Assembly: GCA_023957335.1 (NCBI GenBank)
Contig: JAMLHC010000002.1
Location: forward strand, 66,809-130,808
Reading direction: 5' to 3'
From: Bacteroidota bacterium
Lineage (GTDB): Bacteria > Bacteroidota > Bacteroidia > NS11-12g > UBA955
Length of the DNA: 64,000 nt
This document shows positions 9,647 through 18,000 of this stretch, in pieces. Position numbers and translations under genes: made by a program. How positions within the stretch are numbered: the stretch's first letter is position 1; each line of letters starts with the position of its first letter. The notes beneath the pieces were generated by a model, which saw nothing but the letters and a program-made list of their open reading frames with translations, did not search any database and was not told where the DNA came from.

Positions 9647-12007
9647 CTATTCAACGATTATTCTACTTGTAGCCATTCTACTGCCCTTTATTACTTTCAG
9701 AATATAGACTCCGACACTCAGGGTTCGGGTATTTATCTGTATGCTCGGTTCAAAAGTAGTATAGCTGCTGATTAACCTGCCACTCAAATCATATATCTCA
9801 CACTGCATACTAACCTTAGTTGCCTCAACATCCGGATTACTGTATAAGTCATCCGCTACACGAATCTCATTGGTAATGGAGTTATGGCGAATATTGATGC
9901 CTGATGTATTATTTTGATTGTTATCAGGAATCATAGAGGATGAGTTAAAGTCAAATCCATAGTGATCATAGAATTGTCCATAGCCGACATGACCACTTGG
10001 AGTATTACCATCAGGTCCTGAGTCCTCCATAATAGGATCATCAAGTGTAGTTGGCTCGTTCACATCCTCGGATGGAGGATTAAGTGGATTACACCTTGAA
10101 TAAGAGGCACTATACCTGCCATCTTCCGCATCAAAATCAATTTTTTGAATTAAATGGTCAAGGTCTGAGAGATCTGATTCATATACAATGGATGTATTTC
10201 CATCTTCATCAAAAAAAATATATGTAAAATGATCCGCTGTGATTGTTACTTTAATTGCAGGCAATTTGATATTTTGATTTGTTCGGGACCTTTTACCCAA
10301 ACCTGCTATGGCATTTATAATCTCCGTGGCTTCGCCTTTATAATGAAGACGGCAATGGTACTTGATTTTATTTACTTCATCTATACTGATTAATTTACCA
10401 TTGTCTTTGTCATACTTAATTTTCCAATCGGGGACATTTGTAAGATCTTCAAATATAAGGGAATTATTAGGATCTACGTGATAAGTAGGAATGCTATTAT
10501 CAAACAATGTAAACGGATACATCGCTGAATCGCAGTCGCATTTAAAAGTATAAAAATCAGCAGGTGGTGGGTTACCACCTCCCCCTCCTAAACTACATTC
10601 TTCATATATTCCGCCTAATCCGCTTGGCAACTGAATTAAAGGGTCGATGGGCGTGAGTTTATATGCCCCTCTACCTCCAACTCCATTCTTTCCAGGCGAA
10701 ACTCCTATCCATTTAGAGTCAAAGGGCACGCCAAAATTTTCAAAAAACTGCGATTTTCCCGCTAAGATGGGATTACCTGCCAATTGAATGGTACCGGGTG
10801 CGCCTCCGTAGCTGCCATCTCCACCTCCCGCTGCATCTCCGGGTTCTCCGCTGCCACCCATTCCTCCTGAATAATATACATCAGTTCCAATAATAGTTCC
10901 GAATCCTCCAAAACCACCTGCACCGGGGTCCCCCCCCACCAATCCGGGCTCTCCGTTCTCTCCATTCGCACCGGATACATCTAACCACCTTGATATGTTT
11001 CGTTGTTTTAAGTCTCCGTCTTCTATATATTTGGTTTTGAGCAGTATGATACCTCCTCCTCTGGCTCCCCTACCTTGATTGCCTCCTTTACCGCCTTGCG
11101 AACCCACTGAACCTGCATTACCTGATACGGGTGTCGGTGCATTAGTCCCCCCTCCCGTGCCTCCATGTCCCCCTCCGTTACCTCCAATACCTCCTTTGTT
11201 TATGCCGGTTTCGATATAACCCGCATTGCCCATGATGGCTATACCAGTCGAAGCGCTCGGTACAGGGTAAGTTGTGTACATTCCGTTAGCAGGTGTTGGC
11301 AATATAACAGAACTCGATACCTGCGGATCTCCATCTGTTCCTTGATTACCTGAATGTTTATTATTGGGTGACGGATCCGGATCTAAACAAGGTTCATTGT
11401 ATTGAGCTGACTCCCCTCCTCCTACTCCGTCATAATAAATATCTCCGGGTGCACCTTGTCCTCCTTTACCAAAACTATAACCATCCTCCGGCTTAAATCC
11501 ACAACCAGCGGCTGTGATGACAGAGCTCTTCATGGTAATACTATTTGTCTTTAATGCCAATACTCCTCCGGTATTGCCATCCCATGGATGACATTTAACA
11601 AATACTTTATCTAATGTCAAATCCCCAAATTGCTCTAATTGAATGACTTGTACTCGGTCGTTAGGGTCTGCTGTGGAATAACCTCGGCTTAGCAAACTCA
11701 CCTCTAACTCATCTCCGGAGGGGTTGACATTGATTATATCTACTTCTTCCCAATGACCAATATAAGTTGAACTGCCTATCATCTGAATCACTATCGCTCG
11801 GTTGGATGCTGAAAATGAACCTGAAATATTACTCAGATTTAGCTTCATATTGGCACCCCATGCCGTAATCGTGGTTACTTGTGCACGGTTGTCGTCCGCA
11901 TACCATTCGCCTGAACTCGGATTAGCACGCGTCATGGACGGATACCCACTCATAAACTGACCCCACGACAGTCCCGAAAATAAGGTCAATATGCCCATCA
12001 ACAGCAT
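9647..12007 (-). CDS. Gly-rich secreted protein with T9SS type-A (Por_Secre_tail) C-terminal domain
   Basis: Signal peptide, long collagen-like G-x-y/GGxGG tracts in the middle, and a C-terminal ...IYDLSGRLISS...LSVGVYILKV type-A CTD. It lies 9 bp downstream of the start of the 811-aa gene, so the two are likely co-transcribed. Confidence 0.8.
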   Translation of the reverse strand: MLLMGILTLFSGLSWGQFMSGYPSMTRANPSSGEWYADDNRAQVTTITAWGANMKLNLSNISGSFSASNRAIVIQMIGSSTYIGHWEEVDIINVNPSGDELEVSLLSRGYSTADPNDRVQVIQLEQFGDLTLDKVFVKCHPWDGNTGGVLALKTNSITMKSSVITAAGCGFKPEDGYSFGKGGQGAPGDIYYDGVGGGESAQYNEPCLDPDPSPNNKHSGNQGTDGDPQVSSSVILPTPANGMYTTYPVPSASTGIAIMGNAGYIETGINKGGIGGNGGGHGGTGGGTNAPTPVSGNAGSVGSQGGKGGNQGRGARGGGIILLKTKYIEDGDLKQRNISRWLDVSGANGENGEPGLVGGDPGAGGFGGFGTIIGTDVYYSGGMGGSGEPGDAAGGGDGSYGGAPGTIQLAGNPILAGKSQFFENFGVPFDSKWIGVSPGKNGVGGRGAYKLTPIDPLIQLPSGLGGIYEECSLGGGGGNPPPADFYTFKCDCDSAMYPFTLFDNSIPTYHVDPNNSLIFEDLTNVPDWKIKYDKDNGKLISIDEVNKIKYHCRLHYKGEATEIINAIAGLGKRSRTNQNIKLPAIKVTITADHFTYIFFDEDGNTSIVYESDLSDLDHLIQKIDFDAEDGRYSASYSRCNPLNPPSEDVNEPTTLDDPIMEDSGPDGNTPSGHVGYGQFYDHYGFDFNSSSMIPDNNQNNTSGINIRHNSITNEIRVADDLYSNPDVEATKVSMQCEIYDLSGRLISSYTTFEPSIQINTRTLSVGVYILKVIKGSRMATSRIIVE

Positions 12008-12025
12008 AGCCTTTTTACGATTGAC

Positions 12026-12068
<43 letters not shown>

Positions 12069-12179
12069 CACCGCTGAACACACTTTACTCTGATTTTGTA
12101 ATAATTGTTTCATATCGGTATTTTTTTAAATGAACTTCAAAGTTAAAACTATTTTTTTGATAAAAACAAATTTTTGGAG

Positions 12180-12420
12180 GATAAAAATAAACAGCGGTGC
12201 TTCGACTACGCTCAGCAACCGCTAGACTACGCTCAGCGACCGCTATACTACGCTCAGCAACCGCTATACTACGCTCAGCAACCGCTATACTTCGCTCAGC
12301 GACCGCTAAACTTCGCTCAGCAACCGCTATACTACGCTCAGCAACCGCTATACTTCGCTCAGCGACCGCTAAACTTCGCTCAGCAGCCGCTATTGAGCGA
12401 ACTCGAAGCACCGTTTTACT
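12180..12420. repeat. GC-rich repeat element, long copy, with about 9 tandem 21-bp units (consensus CGCTCAGCAACCGCTATACTA)
   Basis: Tandem units alternate variants (caacc/cgacc; tatactac/tatacttc/taaacttc), which gives a 63-bp higher-order period. Bounded by the inverted pair CAGCGGTGCTTCGA ... TCGAAGCACCG. Confidence 0.9.
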
Positions 12421-12460
12421 CGGACTGACGAGAGTATGACTAAAGAAATACAAGTATTTA

Positions 12461-13553
12461 CTATTTCTTCTTTCCCGCGAACATCATTAGGTAAGCTTTG
12501 ACAAACTCATCTATTTCACCATCCATTACAGCTTGTATATCTGATGTTTCCTCTTGTGTACGCACGTCTTTGACCAATTTATAAGGATGAAACACATAGT
12601 TTCTGATTTGAGACCCCCATTCAATTTTGAGTTTAGAATCTTCTATTGCTTGTTTTGCTTCATTGCGTTTGCGCATTTCCGCTTCGTAGAGTTGTGATTT
12701 GAGCATTTGCATAGCAAGTACTCTGTTTTCTAATTGAGAGCGTGCTTGTTGACACACAACCACAATCCCTGTGGGCTTGTGTGTGATCTGCACTTTGGTT
12801 TCCACTTTATTGACATTCTGCCCCCCTGCTCCACCGGAACGGGATGTTTGCAACTCGATATCATTGTCTTTAATTTCTATGTTAATATTATCGTCCACCA
12901 AAGGATAGGCATAAACAGAAGCAAAAGAAGTATGTCTGCGTGCATTGGAATCAAATGGAGAAATACGCACCATGCGATGAACCCCACTTTCACTTTTCAA
13001 ATAGCCGTAAGGAAAATCGCCTTCGAATTTGAGCGTAACGGATTTAATACCGGCAACCTCACCTTGTTGAATATCCATTTCGGTAACTTTCATTTTATGA
13101 TTTTCGCCCCACATGATATACATACGCATGAGCATCTCCGCCCAATCACAGCTTTCTGTCCCTCCGGCACCCGAATTGATGGTAACAATAGCCGGCAATG
13201 TATCTTCCTCGTTCTGCAACATATTTTTGAGTTCCAAAGACTCTACAATAACAAGTGCTTTGCGATAAGCCTCATCCAATTCATCTGAGGTCATTTCTCC
13301 CGCAGCAACAAACTCCCCCATCACTTCAAGGTCATTGACAGAATTCTCAACTTCTTGATAGGCTTCTGTCCATATTTTTTTCTCTCTTATAATTTTCAAA
13401 TGTTTTTCAGCCTTGTCCGGATTATCCCAAAAATTGGGGTCAAGAGTCTGGCTCTCTTCATCTGCAATCAGTGCTAACTTTTCTTCGATGTTAAAGATAC
13501 CTCCTCAAGGCTTCTTGTCTGCCCTTCAAATCTTTAAATTGATCTGTATTCAT
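12461..13553 (-). CDS. prfB: peptide chain release factor 2, made via a +1 programmed ribosomal frameshift
   Basis: ORF0 from ATG 13553 reads [20 protein letters not shown] and then TAA at 13493-13491. Shifting +1 at CTT_T joins it to ...[12 protein letters not shown]...KIIREKKIW... and the GGQ/SPF body ([13 protein letters not shown]; [16 protein letters not shown]). An SD-like GAGGAGG sits 3 nt upstream of the CTT. Confidence 0.85.
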
Positions 13554-13625
13554 GTTCTGTTTTTAGGGTGGCAAAGATAACCGCTAGTTTGCATAAATTT
13601 GCCATGCTGTTTAATGGCATAGCAG

Positions 13626-14318
13626 TTGCAAAAAAATCAGGGTATGAATAACTTAGGAATTTTAATCAAATCAGGGATTCTCGCACTATTTTTCAGTTTT
13701 GTTTTACATACAAATGGACAAAGTTCCAATTCTATTGTCAAACCCAAGATAAGTCCAAAAGATACGGTTCGCACACGCATTCAGGCACAAGATAGTTCCC
13801 GTCCTGCGCACAATCAAAGCAATGCAGTCAAAATCGGCTATGAAGTTGTTGATGGGGATTCTATTCCGGTTTATTTATTCAACGATGTGTATTTGCAATC
13901 CCTACAGAGTGCAGAGGAAATTAAGAGATACAAAAAATTAGTGCGTGATGTCAAAGTTGCTTTGCCTTATGCTAAACTTGCCGCCTTCAGATTGCAAATG
14001 ATGGAAGACAACCTGAGTATGATAAAATCCAAACGTGCGCGTAAAAAATACATCAGTGAATGTGAGAAAGCCATTAAAGAGGAATTTATGAGCGATCTCA
14101 AAAACTTGACCGTAACACAAGGCAAAATACTACTCAAACTCATCCACAGAGAAACCGGCAAAACAACTTGGAATATTTTGACTACCTATGCCGGCACTTT
14201 CGAACCTTTGTTTTGGAATACAATGGCAAATTTGTATGGAGCATCCACCAAAGAAACCTTTGACCCTGTCGTAGATAGGGAAATAGAAGAAATCATTAAA
14301 AAATTAGAACTTGAATAA
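13626..14318 (+). CDS. hypothetical secreted protein (possibly DUF4294-like)
   Basis: Signal peptide and a charged, partly helical body. No catalytic motif recognised. Confidence 0.35.
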   Translation: MQKNQGMNNLGILIKSGILALFFSFVLHTNGQSSNSIVKPKISPKDTVRTRIQAQDSSRPAHNQSNAVKIGYEVVDGDSIPVYLFNDVYLQSLQSAEEIKRYKKLVRDVKVALPYAKLAAFRLQMMEDNLSMIKSKRARKKYISECEKAIKEEFMSDLKNLTVTQGKILLKLIHRETGKTTWNILTTYAGTFEPLFWNTMANLYGASTKETFDPVVDREIEEIIKKLELE

Positions 14319-15027
14319 TCAAAAGATACATCTGCTTGCTTTTGCTGCACATCCCGATGATGTTGAGTTATCTGCAGCGGGAACATTGCTCAAACACAAA
14401 GCATTGGGTTACACAACCGGCATCATTGATCTTACACGAGGAGAAATGGGCACACGAGGAAATGCTGAAACACGTCAACACGAATCTGAAGTAGCGTCAT
14501 CCATATTAGAGATTGATGTACGTGAAAATCTGGGAATGGCAGACGGTTTTTTTGAAGAAACACAAGAAAACTTGCTCAAAATTATCCATATCATCCGCAA
14601 ATACAGACCCGAAATAGTATTGGCAAATGCACTGTCAGACCGTCACCCCGACCATGGACGAGGCGCACATTTGGTTGCTCGCGCTTGTTTTTTGTCCGGT
14701 TTGGCAAAAATTGAAACCTCTCATAATGGCGAATCACAACAAGTTTGGCGTCCTAAACATATTTTTCATTACATACAAGATCATTTCATGAAACCTGATT
14801 TTGTGATAGATGTTACGAAATGGCACGACAAGAAATTGCAAGCCATAGCAGCTTATAAAACACAATTCTACAACCCTGACTCTCACGAACCCGTTACCCC
14901 TATTTCGAGCAAAGAGTTTTGGGATTTACTCACAAGCAAAGCATTGTTAATGGGTAGATATATAAACTGCACCTATGGTGAAGGGTTTATAGCCGCTTCT
15001 CCTTTTGAAATACAAGAACTCGCATAA
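14311..15027 (+). CDS. bshB1: PIG-L/LmbE family deacetylase, likely bacillithiol biosynthesis deacetylase BshB1
   Basis: N-terminal AHPDDVEL metal-binding motif and ...HPDHG... at the family-typical spacing. 238 aa. Confidence 0.7.
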   Translation: MNNQKIHLLAFAAHPDDVELSAAGTLLKHKALGYTTGIIDLTRGEMGTRGNAETRQHESEVASSILEIDVRENLGMADGFFEETQENLLKIIHIIRKYRPEIVLANALSDRHPDHGRGAHLVARACFLSGLAKIETSHNGESQQVWRPKHIFHYIQDHFMKPDFVIDVTKWHDKKLQAIAAYKTQFYNPDSHEPVTPISSKEFWDLLTSKALLMGRYINCTYGEGFIAASPFEIQELA

Positions 15028-15030
15028 ATA

Positions 15031-15066
15031 AAAATCGGATTGTCATGTGTGACAATCCGATTTTTC
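15031..15066. terminator. bidirectional rho-independent terminator between convergent genes
   Basis: AAAATCGGATTGTCA / TGACAATCCGATTTTT forms a perfect 12-bp stem. A T-run follows on the plus strand and an A-run precedes it, so it also reads as a T-run on the minus strand. Confidence 0.65.
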
Positions 15067-15089
15067 TAAGTGGCAATGACAGAAGGGTG

Positions 15090-18000
15090 TTATTTCACAA
15101 TCACCAATCGCTGTATCTGCAAATTATTTCCATCTGAAATGAGTTTAACAAGATAAGTACCAACAGCCAAATCTTGTAGGTTAACCAACACTTCACCGTT
15201 TGCGCTTGTGGATTGAACTTCCATCAATTTGCGTCCGGTCATATCCATAATTTCAAATAGTGGTTTTGAGCCGTTACTTACATTGTAATAAATAGCTACA
15301 CTATTATTGGCAGGGTTTGGAGCGAGTTTCATACTTGCACTTTGCACCCCTGCTTGTTTCACACCGAGATAATCGCAAGGAGGCAAATACATACAAAGTT
15401 CTGTCATACATTTATTACCTTTCAAATCAGTCAATATTACTTTGAAACAAATCAAAGTATCTTTAGGAGGATTATCAGTAAAGGTAATTTTTATTGTCTG
15501 CATTCCGGGTGCAACAGGGTTAGGGATAACACTTCCAAAAGTTCCTGCTCCTATTGGCAGAACGGTAACAGAGGCATTGGTAGCAAAAGGATTGTACAAA
15601 GTGATATCCAGTTCATAGGTAGAAATTCCAATCTCCTCACTTAAGCAACGCGCACAGTTATTATAAGTTTCTAATTTGCAAGGCTCCTTACATGGCTCAT
15701 GCTTGATAGACAACGAATCACGACAAGCTTTTTCTGCCTTAGGATCATAGAATGAAAAATAGAATGTGCTCGGACTTGTATAAGGTGGCATATCAGTGAA
15801 AGTGAAGCAGAAAGTTTGTGCACCTGTATTGAGAGTAAACGTATTTGGGACTACTGTTCCGGAAGGTGTATTTACCGTGAATGTAGAGCCAGGACTTCCG
15901 CCCCAATTCACATTGACACACGCATAATACTGAGGATGACCATTTGCATCCAAACCGGCACAATCAAATTTCTCAAATTTTACTTCCCCTTTACAAGGAA
16001 TTAAATCACAATTAGGAAGTGTGATACAAATGCTTGTATCACATCGTATATCTTTAAAATTTTGCAACAATGTAAAGCAAGCCGTAGCGGAAGGTACAGA
16101 AGGATTATAAGTAAAACCGAAAGTATTCCAGTTTGGTAAAACTGTAACCGGCATTGAACCTGAAATTGTACCGGAAGCTGGTATAACATTAAGTGTTGCA
16201 CTTGATGCAAATCCATTAAATACACTCAAAGTAATATTGTAGGTCATCAACCCCGTTTCAGGGTTAATTCTATTACATTTCACAGTAGCTTCAATTTTCC
16301 AAACACAATCCGGTTTATTGCATTTCACAAACTTGATATCAGTAGGTTTGGACATGGCTTTACAACCAAATACAGTCGTTATTTCAACCTGATAAGAGCC
16401 GGATTGGTATAGCGGAATATGCAAAGTGTCATTGACAGCTCCTGTAATCGGACTGCCATTATAATACCATTGATACGAGTAATAGCCTTTGGGTGCATAC
16501 CAAACAAGTTCCTGCACGGTATCGCAAATTTCATAACAACCTGATTGATAACCGCAGAAGTCAGGCAAAGGATTTACATTTACAGCGGCTGAGGCTTTGC
16601 ATCCAAAAGTGTCAATAACGGTATAAACATATTGGTCGGGTACTGTGGTGTTGAGCGTATCTTGGTTCCAACCGTTATTCCAAAATGATTGCACAATATT
16701 GGGAGAAACCGATGAACCAATGAGTTGATTTACTTGTCCTTCACAAAGGTTACCTACCGTTGCAATAGATGCTATCGGATTGGAATGCACACTAAAATAT
16801 AATGAATCATATCCGAAACAACCGGTGGGTCCGGTTACTTTTACATATAATACTTTGCTACCTGGAGACGAATAATTATAACTAAATGTGTTCATTCCGG
16901 AGCTTGTTGCATTATCCGGAAGTAATGTCCAATTTATTGTATATCCGCCACTGGCAGGGTAGTTCACTGAAAATTTATAAAATGTATTGATACAAATGTG
17001 TTTCTTACCATGAATTTCAGGTCGAGGAACCGGATTCACCATCACATTAACAGGTGCAGTCCTAAACATACAACCTTTGCTGTCTTTAAGGTCAACATAA
17101 TAACTTCCTGTATATTTTGCCCAAATTGATTGTGTACTAGCAATTGACGACCACAAATATTGATAAGGAGGATAGCCTCCAGCAGGAGTAACTTTGTATA
17201 AAACACTATCACCTTCGCAAATTGTAGTGTCGGAAGGTGCAATAACACCACTTAGCGTATTGGGCATAACGACAACACTCTTGAACGCAGAATCAGAACA
17301 ACCATAGAGATTAGAAACAACCAAAGAGGCAGTATAAGTACCGGCTACTGAATATGTTCTGTTAGGATTTGTAATTAAAGAAGTTGCTCCATCACCAAAA
17401 TACCACTTCGATTGAGTATATCCTATTGAAGTATTAACAAAAGCAACCGGGCTACCTTGACAAACCGAATCAGCAAGTGTAAATAGCGCTTGTGGCATTG
17501 GGGGCACTACAAGGGTTTTAGTTTTAACACAAGTTCCATTCACGGTTAAGGAAACCGTATAGGTTCCGGAAGGCAAAGCAAATATCGGATTCGCTAAAGT
17601 ACTTGTATATGACCCGGGGGTAATCAACCAAGCATAACTCGGAATGGGCAATGTTGACAATCGCTTTGTATTATTAATGAACTTAACATTAAATCCTCCT
17701 CCTGAACAATATAATGAATCAAAGAAATCAGGAATATACTTAATGGTATCAACACTCATCCTACATATTTGACAAGTATCTGTTCCTGTGATGTCAGGTA
17801 CATTAACACAAAAGTTAACTCTATAAAACCCCGGCTCTATAAACGTATGTGAGACATTTGTGCCGCTGGCAAAATTTGAACCGCTGAACGGGTCATCAAA
17901 ATTCCAAGTTGGATTAAAAGCACCAGCGGTATAAGTTCCTATAAAACTATCTTTATCACATCCTAATTTAATGGTGCTGAAATTATTAGTATAAGCAGGG

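Noticed and set aside
10762-10980. 72-aa internal ORF, plus other 60-130-aa ORFs nested in or antisense to the large T9SS genes (e.g. 8070-8423, 15342-15644, 18460-18696, 30340-30636).
   Set aside because: They are nested in or antisense to long, motif-supported CDSs. They have no independent evidence.
12180-12420. Possible CRISPR array, given the regular short repeats.
   Set aside because: The units are directly tandem with no unique spacers between them, and no cas genes are nearby. This is a VNTR or minisatellite, not CRISPR.
12085-12453. ORFs on both strands through the 21-bp tandem array (12085-12453 -, 12174-12428 +, 12197-12439 +), encoding 7-aa periodic peptides (AVAERSI..., YAQQPLY..., ILRSATA...).
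   Set aside because: The open frames are a trivial consequence of a 21-bp (3 x 7) tandem repeat. There is no start context, no signal, and all three frames are open at once.
12734-13288. 184-aa Cys/His-rich ORF on the plus strand.
   Set aside because: It lies entirely antisense to the well-supported prfB body. Its composition is typical of a shadow ORF.
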